Positions 49,952 to 61,029 of a stretch of 64,000 bases of DNA are shown one piece after another. Numbering within the stretch: position 1 is the first letter of the stretch; each line of letters starts with the position of its first letter. Origin of the DNA: Rhizobium sp. Q54 (GTDB lineage Bacteria > Pseudomonadota > Alphaproteobacteria > Micropepsales > Micropepsaceae); assembly GCA_945882615.1 (NCBI GenBank), contig CAMCWK010000012.1:6399-70398 (forward strand). The letters run 5' to 3'. The notes under the pieces were generated by a model that saw nothing but the letters and a program-made list of their open reading frames with translations, made no database searches and was not told the DNA's origin. The position numbers and the translations under genes were made by a program.

Positions 49952-50540
49952 TTATATCATCTAACCGCTGGGCCAGATTGACGATGATGGCCGCCGTGGC
50001 GCCCCAGATCTCATGCTCTTTATAAGTGAAAGCGTAAAAGCGGCGTTGCCGACCCGCGATCTCGCGCACCTCCCGCCGCCGGTTGGCCGGGTCCCGCAGG
50101 AACGCCAGCGGCACCTCGAAGATCTGCGCCACCTCACGCGGGTCGGGCACCAGCGCGAACCCTTCGGCCAGCACCCCTACCACCGGATGGATGTCAAAGC
50201 CTGTGGCGGTGAGATAGCGGTCGAGATAGCCCGCCACGGTGACAAAGGCAGGGGCAATGCCGGTTTCCTCAAAGGTTTCGCGCAAGGCGGTCTCGACCGG
50301 GGAAAGATCGCCGGGTTCGCTGCGGCCGCCGGGGAAACTGACCTGGCCGCTGTGCCGCGCCAGGATGTCGGTGCGGCGGGTGAAAAGCACCATTGGCTCC
50401 TGGCGCATCACAATGGGCAGCAGCACCGAGGCCTTTGCCGCGCCAAAACCGCTCGCGCGCTGCGCCGCAGGGTCGTAATCGTCATGGCCGGTAATATCCG
50501 GCGGCTGAGGGTACAAAACCGCGCGCAAATGCTCCAGCAT
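49932..50540 (-). CDS. NUDIX CoA pyrophosphatase
   Basis: Nudix box GGRSEPGDLSPVETALRETFEETGI. The upstream LLPI......VLFTRR pattern is typical of the NudL/CoAse type. TGATG overlap with the upstream gene. Confidence 0.8.
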   Translation of the reverse strand: MLEHLRAVLYPQPPDITGHDDYDPAAQRASGFGAAKASVLLPIVMRQEPMVLFTRRTDILARHSGQVSFPGGRSEPGDLSPVETALRETFEETGIAPAFVTVAGYLDRYLTATGFDIHPVVGVLAEGFALVPDPREVAQIFEVPLAFLRDPANRRREVREIAGRQRRFYAFTYKEHEIWGATAAIIVNLAQRLDDISESHEN

Positions 50541-51052
50541 CACGCCGGACCAAGCGCGAAGTGGTGCCCGCCGCTCCATACTCCGAGCGCCGCGCCGCGC
50601 GGCACGGCCAGGTCGGCCAACTGATACCAGACATTGCGCGCGATCTTGGCTTCCAGCCCGCGCCGGACACGAAGATAGGGAATGCCGCCGGTGACGCGCA
50701 GCCCATGGGCCGGGCCCAGCATGACCCTGTCACCGACATTGGTGGTGAAGGTGAGGTTCTGGCCCTCGCTCTCGCCCTCAGCGTCCACCGTCACCGCGAG
50801 AAAAGGCACGTCCTCCACCACGATCGACAGTTTTTCCGCCGGTGTGACCAGCACGTAACCGTCTTCGTCCTTGCGCAACAGCCCGGCGAACAGACGCACC
50901 AGTTCGGGACGCACGATCCGCTGCCCTTCATGGAACCAGGTGCCGTCCGCGGCGATCCGCATGGCGCTGTCGCCGCACCTTTCGGGGTTCCAATGCTCCA
51001 CCGGCGGCAGCGGGATGCCTGCAAGAGGCGCGGAGAATTCGGCTGCCGTCAT
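50540..51052 (-). CDS. DUF1285-family protein
   Basis: MRIAADGTWFHEG..I.RPELVRLF is typical of DUF1285. It is found upstream of nudix-cca in many alphaproteobacteria. Confidence 0.7.
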   Translation of the reverse strand: MTAAEFSAPLAGIPLPPVEHWNPERCGDSAMRIAADGTWFHEGQRIVRPELVRLFAGLLRKDEDGYVLVTPAEKLSIVVEDVPFLAVTVDAEGESEGQNLTFTTNVGDRVMLGPAHGLRVTGGIPYLRVRRGLEAKIARNVWYQLADLAVPRGAALGVWSGGHHFALGPA

Positions 51053-51172
51053 GACGCCATAATTTGCGGTTTTCTGCGGGGTATTAAGGGTATCGCGGGG
51101 TTGCACCGCCAAGCCTCAACGGTGCAACATAACATCCTTCCCAGCAAGACAGGGCCAGCAAGCCAGGACCAT

Positions 51173-52164
<992 letters not shown>

Positions 52165-52168
<4 letters not shown>

Positions 52169-53016
52169 GCAATTTCTCCGCGCTTCAGCATGAAGCCGAT
52201 GGCCTGTCCGCCGGGCTGCCGCCGCTGATGGTGGAAGCCGATCATCTCGCCGCTTCCGTCAGCCTGGGCGTGCATGGCCGCCGCCGCGCCGGCATGGGCG
52301 AAAGCTTCTGGCAGTTCCGCCGTTATGAGCATCACGATTCTTCATCGGCCATCGACTGGCGCCAGTCCGCCAAGTCGCAGCACATCTTCGTGCGCGAACG
52401 CGAATGGGAAGCGGCCCAGACCGTGTGGTTCTGGCGCGATGCGTCGGCCAATATGGCATTCGCCTCGGGACGCGTCTCCAAGCGCCAGCGCGCCGATCTT
52501 CTGCTGCTGTCGCTGGCATCTCTGTTGGTACGCGGCGGCGAGCGCGTGGGTTTCGTCGGCATGGACGGCGCCCCCGCCTCCTCGCGCCTGGCGCTGACCC
52601 GCATCGGCCGCGCCTTGTTTGCAAAGGGCGAGGACGCCTTGCCACCGCGCGCGCCCTTTGCGCGCGGCAACCAGCTGGTCTGGTTCAGCGATTTTCTGGA
52701 TCCGGCCGCGCTGGAAATGATGAAGGACCTGTCGCGCCGCGGCATGTCGGGGCATCTGGTGCGGATCGTCGATCCGGCGGAAGAAGATTTCCCTTACAAT
52801 GGCCGCACCCGTTTTGAATCGCCCGTCGGCGAAAGCGACGAAATCTTCGGCCGCGCCGAACGCATTCGCGGCGCCTATCGCACCCGCTTCACCGCCCATG
52901 GCGAACGCGTCGCCGACACCGCGCTGAAACTGGGCTGGACCTGCACCACCCATCGCACCGACCACACCCCACAAGGATCGCTGATCGCGCTGCATGCCGC
53001 CATCGGCGGCGTCTGA
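52165..53016 (+). CDS. DUF58-domain protein (MoxR partner)
   Basis: GESFWQFRRY...D....IDWRQSAK is a DUF58 signature. TTG start overlaps the MoxR stop. Confidence 0.8.
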
Positions 53017-53019
53017 TCC

Positions 53020-55746
53020 GTGCTGGGTTTCCTGCCGCTGAGTTTCGGCGCACCGCTCATATTGGCGGCGCTGCTGGCCTTGCCGGTGCTGTGGTGGCTG
53101 CTGCGCGTGACGCCGCCCCTGCCGCGCCGCACGGTGTTTCCACCGCTGCGGCTTCTGCGCGGCTTGCAGGATGAAGAACAGACCCCCGCCGCCACGCCCT
53201 GGTGGCTGCTGCTGCTGCGCCTGCTGGCAGCCGCGCTGCTGATCCTGGCTTTGGCCGATCCGCTGCTGGGCCGCCCGCCGCAACTGACGGCGCCCGGCCC
53301 GCTGGTGCTGGTGGTGGACAATGGCTGGACCGCCGCCAAGGACTGGAACCAGCGCCAGGAACTGATCGCCGACCTGCTGCACAGCGCGCGCGGCCGCGCA
53401 GTGGCCATTATCCCGACCGCAGGCGCCGCGCCTACCGGACTGCTCAACGAAGGCGAGGCGGCGCGCATCGCCAAGGAGCTAAAGCCGATGCCCTGGCCCG
53501 GCGACCGCAATGCGGCGGCCGCGGCGCTGGGACGGTTCAAGTTCACCGCCGCGCCGGCCTTGTACTGGCTGAGCGACGGCATCGAGAACAATAGCCAGTC
53601 GCTGCGCGCCGCCTTGAACCGCTATGACGGCGCGCTGGTCTATGCCCCTGAGCGCCTCCCTTTGGGATTGCTGCCGGTAACACGCGACGCCAGCGGCTTT
53701 GCCGTCACCGCCCTGCGTGCGCGAGCCGGCGCGGTGCAGGAAGCCGAAGTCGCCGCCATCGGCGGGCGCGGCGAGACCCTGGCAGCGACCAGGGTCCGCT
53801 TTGCCCGCGGCGAAACCCGCGCCCGCGGACACATCGCCCTGCCGATGGAAGTGCGCAATGCCACCGCCCGCCTTGCCGTCACCGGCGAAGACAGCGCCGG
53901 CGCGGTGCAGCTGCTGGACAAGGGCGCCGCCCAACGCAGCGCCGGCATCGTGTCGGAGACCAGCGGCGAAGGACAGCCGCTGCTGTCCGACGTCTATTAC
54001 ATCGAGCGCGCGCTTTCGCCCTATGCGGAGATTTCCAAGGGCACCATCTCGGCCCTCTTGGACAAGAATGTTTCGGTGCTGCTGCTGGCCGACGTGGCGC
54101 GGATTTCCGGCGCCGACCAGCAGCGCGTCAAGGACTTCGTCGCCAAGGGCGGCATGTTGATCCGCTTCGCGGGCGAGCGCGTCACGGGCGGCACCGACGA
54201 TCTGGTGCCGGTTACCTTGCGTGTCGGCGGACGCTATCTGGGCAGCGCCATGGCCTGGTCGGCGCCGCAGCGCCTGGCGCCCTTTTCCGCCACCAGCCCG
54301 TTCAACGGGCTGGAGATTCCCGCCGAAGTGACGGTGTCGCGCCAGGTATTGGCCGAACCGTCTTCCGAAATCGACAACCGCGCCTGGGCGCGCTTAAGCG
54401 ACGGCACGCCGCTGATCACTGCGCGCGGCGAAGGCCAGGGCTGGATCGTGATGTTTCACATCACGGCAAGTCCGACCTGGTCGTCGCTGCCAATCTCGGG
54501 TCTTTATGTCGACATGCTCAAGCGGTTGCTGGCGCTGTCGGCCGGCACCCCGGCGCGCGATCTGGCGGGGCTGACCAGCCTGCCGCCGGTGTCGGTGCTG
54601 GATGGTTTCGCGCAAGCCTCGGCGCCCGGCGCCGAAGTCGCACCGATCCCTGCACGCGAATTCTCGCGCACCCGTGTTTCCCCGCGCCATCCCCCGGGCC
54701 TTTATGGCGCGCATGAAGTGGAAAGCGCCCTCAACACCGTTGCCGCCAACGACACGCTGACGCCGCTGACTGGCGAAAGCCTCCTGCCCTATGGCAACAC
54801 CCAGGCGCGCGCGCTGGAGCCCTATCTGCTGGCCGCCGCGATGGCGTTGCTGCTGTTCGATGCCTTGCTGGCGCTGTGGCTGCGCGGCTTTACGCCCAAC
54901 AAACTCAGATGGATCGGCGGGGCGGCGGCATTCCTGTTGCTGGTGCCCCATACTGTGAACCAGGCGCGGGCCGACGACGCCACCGCCATGAAGGCGGCGC
55001 TGGATACGCGGCTGGCCTATGTGAAGACGGGGCTGGCGGATGTCGATGCGACCAGCCAAGCGGGGCTGACGGGATTGGGGTTCGCCCTGCGCGCCCGCAC
55101 CTCTTACGAGCCGCTGGAGCCGATCGGCGTCGATCCGGAGCGTGACGAACTCTCATTATATCCGCTCCTCTACTGGCCGATGGATCCCCGGGCCAAGAAT
55201 CTTTCTCCCCGGGCGCAGTCCAAGGTCGCCGATTTCATGCGCCAGGGCGGCACCATCCTGTTCGACACCCGCGATCTCAGCCTGGGGGCGGTACGCGGCG
55301 CCAGTTCGCCGGGCGAGCAGACCCTGCGGCGGATCACCGGCGGGCTGGACATGCCCCGGCTGGCGCCGCTGCCGTCCGACCATGTCCTGACCAAGGCCTT
55401 TTATATCCTGCGCGACTTTCCCGGCCGCTGGACCGGCGGGCGGCTGTGGGTCGAGAACCTGCCGCCGGCGCCCCAAGGAAATGGGAATAGGAACGGCGCA
55501 CCGCCGGCGCGCGGCGGCGATGGCGTGTCGCCGGTCATCATCGGCGGCAATGACTGGGCGGCCGCTTGGGCGGTGGATGCCAATGGCCGCTTTCTCTCCG
55601 CGCCCTCGCCGGGCGGCGAACTGCAGCGTGAGATGGCGCTGCGCTTCGGCATCAATCTGGTGATCTATGCCCTGACCGGCAACTACAAGACCGATGTGGT
55701 GCATGCGCCGGCCCTGTTGCAACGGCTGGGGAATGAGCGGCGATGA
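53020..55746 (+). CDS. Large membrane protein with BatA-type N-terminal double-TM domain and DUF4159-like C-terminus
   Basis: N-terminus FGAPLILAALLALPVLWWLLRVTPP..R..FPPLRLL. C-terminal LYWPM...FMRQGGTILFDTRD block. Confidence 0.75.
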   Translation: MLGFLPLSFGAPLILAALLALPVLWWLLRVTPPLPRRTVFPPLRLLRGLQDEEQTPAATPWWLLLLRLLAAALLILALADPLLGRPPQLTAPGPLVLVVDNGWTAAKDWNQRQELIADLLHSARGRAVAIIPTAGAAPTGLLNEGEAARIAKELKPMPWPGDRNAAAAALGRFKFTAAPALYWLSDGIENNSQSLRAALNRYDGALVYAPERLPLGLLPVTRDASGFAVTALRARAGAVQEAEVAAIGGRGETLAATRVRFARGETRARGHIALPMEVRNATARLAVTGEDSAGAVQLLDKGAAQRSAGIVSETSGEGQPLLSDVYYIERALSPYAEISKGTISALLDKNVSVLLLADVARISGADQQRVKDFVAKGGMLIRFAGERVTGGTDDLVPVTLRVGGRYLGSAMAWSAPQRLAPFSATSPFNGLEIPAEVTVSRQVLAEPSSEIDNRAWARLSDGTPLITARGEGQGWIVMFHITASPTWSSLPISGLYVDMLKRLLALSAGTPARDLAGLTSLPPVSVLDGFAQASAPGAEVAPIPAREFSRTRVSPRHPPGLYGAHEVESALNTVAANDTLTPLTGESLLPYGNTQARALEPYLLAAAMALLLFDALLALWLRGFTPNKLRWIGGAAAFLLLVPHTVNQARADDATAMKAALDTRLAYVKTGLADVDATSQAGLTGLGFALRARTSYEPLEPIGVDPERDELSLYPLLYWPMDPRAKNLSPRAQSKVADFMRQGGTILFDTRDLSLGAVRGASSPGEQTLRRITGGLDMPRLAPLPSDHVLTKAFYILRDFPGRWTGGRLWVENLPPAPQGNGNRNGAPPARGGDGVSPVIIGGNDWAAAWAVDANGRFLSAPSPGGELQREMALRFGINLVIYALTGNYKTDVVHAPALLQRLGNERR

Positions 55747-57803
55747 CCCGTTTGGCCTTCGCCCCGGTTCTTCCGCTCAGCCTGCTCACGGCGCTGGCCG
55801 CGATCGCCGTTGCCATCACGCTGTACGCCATCTTCATGCGCGCCCGTGGCGCCTGGGCGCGGGGCGTGGCCTTTGCCGTGCTGCTGTTTGCGCTGGCCGG
55901 CCCCATGCTGGTCAAGGAGCAGCGCGCCGCGCTGCCCGATGTCGCCGTCATCGTCACCGACCGCTCGCAAAGCATGGCGCTGGGCAAGCGAAGCGCCCAG
56001 GCCGAAGCCGCGCGGGCGCAGATCAGGAAGATGCTGGCGGCTCGGCCCGACATGATCGTGCGCGAAACCTCCATCACCACCACCGCCACCGGCGAGAATA
56101 ACGGCACCCAGGCTTTTGCCGCTCTCAACGCGGCCCTGGCCGACGTGCCGCAGGGCCGCATCGCGGGCGCCATCCTGATCACCGACGGCCAGGTGCATGA
56201 TGCGCCAAGCCCCGAGAACCTGTCGCTGAAAGCGCCGCTGCAGGTGCTGGTGGCGGGCGGACGGGGCGAAAAGGACCGCAAGCTGACGGTAATGACCGCG
56301 GCGCGCTTCGCCATTGTCGGCCAGCAGGCCACCATGCGGCTGCGCATCGACGATCTGGGCGGCAGCAGCGGGACCAGCGCGGTGCTGAACATCCGCATCG
56401 ACGGCAAGGCCTTCGGCAACCGGCTGGTGCCGGTGGGCCAGGATACCGACATCCGCGTGCCCGTCACCCATGAAGGCGAAAATCTAATCGAATTGTCGGC
56501 GGGCCAGGGCCCGGCCGAGCTGACGATGCAGAACAATCATGCCGTGGTGACGGTGTCGGGCGTGCGCGACCGGCTGCGCGTGCTGCTGGTATCGGGCGAA
56601 CCCCATGCCGGCGAGCGGGTGTGGCGCAATCTTTTGAAGGCCGATCCGTCGGTCGACCTGATCCACTTCACCATCCTGCGCCCGCCGGACAAGCAGGACA
56701 CCACCCCGATCAACGAATTGTCGCTGATCGCCTTTCCCTATCGCGAACTGTTCCTGGAAAAGCTGGGCTCGTTCGATCTGGTGGTGTTCGACCGCTATCG
56801 CGAGCGCGGAATCCTCCCCTTCGCCTATTTCCAGAACCTGGCCAACTATGTGCAGGAAGGCGGCGCGCTGCTGATGTCCTCGGGGCCCGAATTCGCCGGA
56901 CCCGAAAGCGTCTACCGCACCCCGCTCAGCCAGGTATTGCCCGCCCAGCCCACGGGCCAGATCGTCACCGGCGGCTTTCGCCCGCAGGTGACACAGGACG
57001 GCATGGCCCATCCGGTGACGCGCGAGTTGCCGGGCCGCAATATGGACAAGACGGCGCCGACCTGGGGCCGCTGGTTCCGCGTCATCAGCAGCAACAAGGT
57101 CGCGGGCCAGACGGTGATGGCCAGCAATACCGGACAACCGCTGCTGGTGCTCGATCAGGTGGGCAAGGGCCGAGTGGCCGAACTGATGAGCGACCAGACC
57201 TGGCTGTGGGCGCGCGGCTTTGAAGGCGGCGGACCCCAGGCCGAATTGCTGCGCCGCCTGGCGCACTGGCTGATGAAGGAGCCGGAACTGGAGGCCGAGG
57301 CGCTGTCATTGGACGTTGTCGGCAATGAGGTGCGCGTCATCCGCCGCACCATGGCGGCGAAAACGCCGCCGGTGAATTTGACCTTGCCGTCGGGGCGTCA
57401 GGTGGCGCTGCCGCTGACCAAGGCCGAGCCGGGCATCTGGCGCGCCACCGCCAAGGCGGGCGAGTTGGGATTGTATCGCGCCACCGACGGCATTCTGTCC
57501 GCCGTGACGGCGGCCGGACCGCTGAACCCGAAGGAAGTCGCCGACATGCGCGCCAGCGCCGAGGTGTTGCAGCCGGTGGCGGACGCCAGCGGCGGCAGCG
57601 TGCAATGGCTCGCGGACGGCGTGCCAGAAATCCGGCGCGTCAACAGCGGCGACACGGCCAGCGGCGCGGGCTGGATCGGCTTGCGCAACAATGGCGCTTA
57701 CCGTGTCACCGCGCTGGAGCAGCAGAAATTGCTGCCGCAATGGCTGGCGCTCCTGCTGATCGTCGGTGCGCTACTCTTGGCGTGGAGATTAGAGGGGCGT
57801 TGA
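55743..57803 (+). CDS. Membrane protein of the MoxR/BatA-like cluster (class-I-amidotransferase-like middle domain)
   Basis: ATGA overlap with the upstream gene. N-terminal and C-terminal TM segments. VLLVSGEPH......LKADPSVDL.HFTILR block. Confidence 0.7.
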   Translation: MTRLAFAPVLPLSLLTALAAIAVAITLYAIFMRARGAWARGVAFAVLLFALAGPMLVKEQRAALPDVAVIVTDRSQSMALGKRSAQAEAARAQIRKMLAARPDMIVRETSITTTATGENNGTQAFAALNAALADVPQGRIAGAILITDGQVHDAPSPENLSLKAPLQVLVAGGRGEKDRKLTVMTAARFAIVGQQATMRLRIDDLGGSSGTSAVLNIRIDGKAFGNRLVPVGQDTDIRVPVTHEGENLIELSAGQGPAELTMQNNHAVVTVSGVRDRLRVLLVSGEPHAGERVWRNLLKADPSVDLIHFTILRPPDKQDTTPINELSLIAFPYRELFLEKLGSFDLVVFDRYRERGILPFAYFQNLANYVQEGGALLMSSGPEFAGPESVYRTPLSQVLPAQPTGQIVTGGFRPQVTQDGMAHPVTRELPGRNMDKTAPTWGRWFRVISSNKVAGQTVMASNTGQPLLVLDQVGKGRVAELMSDQTWLWARGFEGGGPQAELLRRLAHWLMKEPELEAEALSLDVVGNEVRVIRRTMAAKTPPVNLTLPSGRQVALPLTKAEPGIWRATAKAGELGLYRATDGILSAVTAAGPLNPKEVADMRASAEVLQPVADASGGSVQWLADGVPEIRRVNSGDTASGAGWIGLRNNGAYRVTALEQQKLLPQWLALLLIVGALLLAWRLEGR

Positions 57804-57815
57804 ATTCTTCAACCT

Positions 57816-57893
57816 CCATGGGCGGGCCTGCCCGCCCATCCAGAATCCGCCGCTGTGTCCAATTCTGGATGGCCGGCTCAAGGCCGGCCATGG
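57816..57893. repeat. REPIN-like doublet
   Basis: CCATGGGCGGGCCTGCCCGCCCATCCAGAAT ... AATTCTGGATGGCCGGCTCAAGGCCGGCCATGG. The two units are mutually inverted. It fills the gap between convergent stops at 57803 and 57908. Confidence 0.8.
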
Positions 57894-57907
57894 AGAGTTT
57901 TCTTATC

Positions 57908-58453
57908 TCAGCCGACTCCGGCCCCACTGGCGCAAACCGGATCTTCGATGGCGCCACGCCGCACTTCGCCCGAAAGATTGAGCAGCTCGCCTGCTTTCAA
58001 GGAAAGTCCCAGAATGCGGTTCTGGTCGACGGGGCCGGGAAAGCGCACGCGCCCCGGCGGCAGGCGCGAAAAACCCACCTTGGTGTAATAGGGCTCATCA
58101 CCGATCAGGAGAATGCCGCGCCACGGCCCTTGTTGCGCGGCGGCAATGCCGGCCTGCATCAGGGCAATGCCGATGCCGCGGCCGCGCTGGTCGCTTTGCA
58201 CCGCCAACGGGCCCAGCAACAATTCTTCGTGGCCGCCGACCTTGACCGGCCAGAAGCGCACCGAGCCGCGCAGGACATCGCCTTCCACGGCAACAAAGGA
58301 CAAGGCGGCAATCGGCGAGACGCCTTCGCGCAGCCGGTAGGCCGATTTGGCGAAACGGCCCGGACCGAAACTGTCGGCGTTCAAGGCTTCGATGCGCGCC
58401 GCATCACCGGGCGCTTCCAGCCGTATCTGCCATGGGGAAAGCGTTGCGTTCAT
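57908..58453 (-). CDS. GNAT-family N-acetyltransferase
   Basis: LGPLAVQSDQRGRGIGIALMQ (acetyl-CoA binding motif A). Confidence 0.8.
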   Translation of the reverse strand: MNATLSPWQIRLEAPGDAARIEALNADSFGPGRFAKSAYRLREGVSPIAALSFVAVEGDVLRGSVRFWPVKVGGHEELLLGPLAVQSDQRGRGIGIALMQAGIAAAQQGPWRGILLIGDEPYYTKVGFSRLPPGRVRFPGPVDQNRILGLSLKAGELLNLSGEVRRGAIEDPVCASGAGVG

Positions 58454-58491
58454 GCTTTTCCGCTAAAGGCCATGGCCCCAAAAGGCAAGCA

Positions 58492-59025
58492 CTACCAGGT
58501 TGGACTGGCGGCCGCCGTGCCGCTGAGTTCGCCAAGCCGGCGCAGGGTGGCCTCGCTGCAGCCCGCAGGGGGATGGCCAGGATCGGCGAAACAGATTTCG
58601 GAGATTTCCAGGTTGGGGCGGAAGTTCACGGATGCGCCGGTGACGCGATAAAGCGCCACCACATTGCTGGCCCAGCCGGCGCGGCGGTTATAAAGGCCGA
58701 AAAAATGGGCAGCGCCGCCGGTCAGCCCGACTTCTTCGCCAAGTTCCCGCAGCAGGGCGGCCTGGGGCGGCTCGCCCCGGTCCACGCCGCCGCCCGGCAG
58801 CCGCCAGCCCGCCATGTAGCGCTGACGCACCAAAAGAACCCGCCCCGCCTCGTCAAACACCGCCCCGGCCACGCCGAATACGCTGGGCGACCACAAGGCG
58901 CGCAGCGTCATGAAAAGCCTGAAAACCACGGCGCTGACGGTATTTCTTAACAAGAGCTCAACATCCTTGCGCCCGTAACGCTTCCATAACCCACCAAGCT
59001 TAACCTGCGGCGGAATATCTAGCAT
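58492..59025 (-). CDS. NUDIX hydrolase
   Basis: Nudix box [24 protein letters not shown]. Confidence 0.8.
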   Translation of the reverse strand: MLDIPPQVKLGGLWKRYGRKDVELLLRNTVSAVVFRLFMTLRALWSPSVFGVAGAVFDEAGRVLLVRQRYMAGWRLPGGGVDRGEPPQAALLRELGEEVGLTGGAAHFFGLYNRRAGWASNVVALYRVTGASVNFRPNLEISEICFADPGHPPAGCSEATLRRLGELSGTAAASPTW

Positions 59026-59078
59026 GACGGCGGCATTCGCGCGCGCGCGAATCCGCCGTTTCGAGGAATTTGCAGCGC

Positions 59079-59591
59079 ATGTCGGGGGCCGGATTCGCGA
59101 ATCTGAAGGCGCTCATTGTCGAGGACAATGCGCATATGCGCGCCCTGTTGCGCACCCTGCTCAATTCCGCCGGCATCAAGGACGTCGCCGAGGCGGCGCA
59201 TGGCGGCGCCGCCATCGAAATCCTGCGCGAGCGCAAGAGCGATCTGGTGCTGAGCGACATGGCGATGAAGCCGATGGACGGGTTGGAATTCACCCGCCAT
59301 GTGCGCAATTCCGAACATAGCCCCAACCCTTTCGTGCCGATCATCATGATCACCGGCCATACCGAGCGCCATCGGGTGGAAGCGGCGCGCGACGCCGGGG
59401 TCACCGAATTTCTCGCCAAGCCGATCACCGCGGCCCATCTCTTCTCGCGCATCGCGCTGATCGTGGAGCGGCCCCGGGCTTTCGTGCGCTGCGAAAGCTA
59501 TTTCGGCCCCGACCGCCGCCGACGCCAGATCGAGGATTATGCCGGCCCATGGCGCCGCGCCGACGACTTTCAGGACAGAGAGATACGCTGA
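59079..59591 (+). CDS. CheY-like single-domain response regulator with Arg-rich C-terminal tail
   Basis: ATG 59079 with GAGGA 11 nt upstream. Canonical receiver residues ([27 protein letters not shown]) plus the tail [19 protein letters not shown]. Confidence 0.9.
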   Translation: MSGAGFANLKALIVEDNAHMRALLRTLLNSAGIKDVAEAAHGGAAIEILRERKSDLVLSDMAMKPMDGLEFTRHVRNSEHSPNPFVPIIMITGHTERHRVEAARDAGVTEFLAKPITAAHLFSRIALIVERPRAFVRCESYFGPDRRRRQIEDYAGPWRRADDFQDREIR

Positions 59592-60070
59592 TGAGCAATG
59601 CCGCCCAGAAACAGGCCGAAATGATCTCGCCTGACGCCTATCCCCAGATGTTGAGCAAGCAGGACGCCGCGCGCGCCATGCAGTCGCTGCGCTCCGCCCA
59701 GACCATGGTCAAGGCGCAAGCGGCGATGGAAGCGGCCGTGCCGCCGATGAAGACCGCCATCCTGCAATATGTCGGTGAGCTGGAAGAGGCCGGCAGCGAC
59801 ATGCGCCTGATCTTCGACAGGGTGCATGAAATCCGCGGCTTCGCGGAAACCGCCGGCTTGGTCACCACCGGACGCATCGCCGAAATCCTCTGCCGCTACA
59901 TGGATGACATGGAGCGCCTGGGCAAAACGCCGGACGGCCAGCTGGTGGCCCTTCATGTCAGCGCCATCGCCCGCGCCGCCCGCGCCGAGGATGACGATGT
60001 CCGGCTGGGCGAAGTGGTGGCGGGCGAGCTGGCGGCGCTGGTCGCCCGCAAGCTGTCAACCACCCGTTAA
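59591..60070 (+). CDS. Hpt-like four-helix protein (putative histidine phosphotransfer)
   Basis: Its ATG overlaps the regulator's TGA (TGATG). VHEIRGFAETAG fits the Hpt motif H-x-x-(K/R)-G-x-A-x-x-x-G. The remainder is helical. Confidence 0.55.
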   Translation: MSNAAQKQAEMISPDAYPQMLSKQDAARAMQSLRSAQTMVKAQAAMEAAVPPMKTAILQYVGELEEAGSDMRLIFDRVHEIRGFAETAGLVTTGRIAEILCRYMDDMERLGKTPDGQLVALHVSAIARAARAEDDDVRLGEVVAGELAALVARKLSTTR

Positions 60071-60156
60071 GGTTTCAAGGCCGCGAACGGCCACGGAATT
60101 CACGGCTCTTTAAGCCGTGGCCATTAATACTGACCGGGTATTTACCGGATTCTCCC

Positions 60157-61029
60157 ATGCTTCAGATCGGCGGCATCGTCCTTCTTTTTATCTGCGTCTT
60201 CGGCGTTTACATCGCCACGGGCGGCGCGATGGACGTGGTGGTGCACGCCGCGCCGCACGAAATGGCCACCATCTTCGGTGCGGCCATCGCCGCCATGCTG
60301 ATCGGCGGCTCGATGTACAACATGAAGAAAATCTTCGGCTCGCTGGGCAAGGTGATCTCCGGGCCGCAATGGAAGCCCAAGGATTACAACGATCTTCTCT
60401 GCCTGCTTTTCCTGCTGACCAAAACGATGAAGTCCAAGGGGCTGATCGCGCTGGAAGCCCATATCGAAAGGCCGTCCGAGTCCTCGATCTTCAAGCGCTA
60501 CCCCAAGATCATGAAGGATCATTTCGCGCTGGATTTCATCTGCGACACGCTGCGCATGATGACCATGAGCCTGGAAGATCCGCATCAGGTCGAAACCGCC
60601 ATGGAAAAGCAGCTGGAAAAGCATCATCACGAGGCCCTGGTCGGCGCCAATGCGCTGCAGACCATGGCCGACGGCCTGCCGGCGCTGGGCATCGTCGCCG
60701 CCGTGCTGGGCGTGATCAAGACCATGGGCGCGATCAGCGAACCCCCGGAAGTGCTGGGCGGGATGATCGGTTCGGCGCTGGTCGGCACCTTTCTGGGCGT
60801 GTTCCTGGCTTATGGCGTTGTCGGTCCGCTGGGGGCGCGGCTGAAGGCCGTGATTGACGAGGACGCGCTGTTCTATCACGTCATCCGCGATATCCTGGTC
60901 GCGCACCTGCACGGCAATGCGGCGCAGGTGTCGGTGGAAATCGGCCGCGGCAGCGTGCCGAGCGAATACCAGCCGAGCTTCGCGCAGCTGGAAGCCACGC
61001 TCAATTCCATCCCTCCGGATAACGGCTGA
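60157..61029 (+). CDS. motA: Flagellar motor stator protein MotA
   Basis: Four TM segments, a cytoplasmic loop, and the C-terminal ALVGTFLGVFLAYG and P...LG pattern typical of MotA. No motB adjacent. Confidence 0.88.
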   Translation: MLQIGGIVLLFICVFGVYIATGGAMDVVVHAAPHEMATIFGAAIAAMLIGGSMYNMKKIFGSLGKVISGPQWKPKDYNDLLCLLFLLTKTMKSKGLIALEAHIERPSESSIFKRYPKIMKDHFALDFICDTLRMMTMSLEDPHQVETAMEKQLEKHHHEALVGANALQTMADGLPALGIVAAVLGVIKTMGAISEPPEVLGGMIGSALVGTFLGVFLAYGVVGPLGARLKAVIDEDALFYHVIRDILVAHLHGNAAQVSVEIGRGSVPSEYQPSFAQLEATLNSIPPDNG

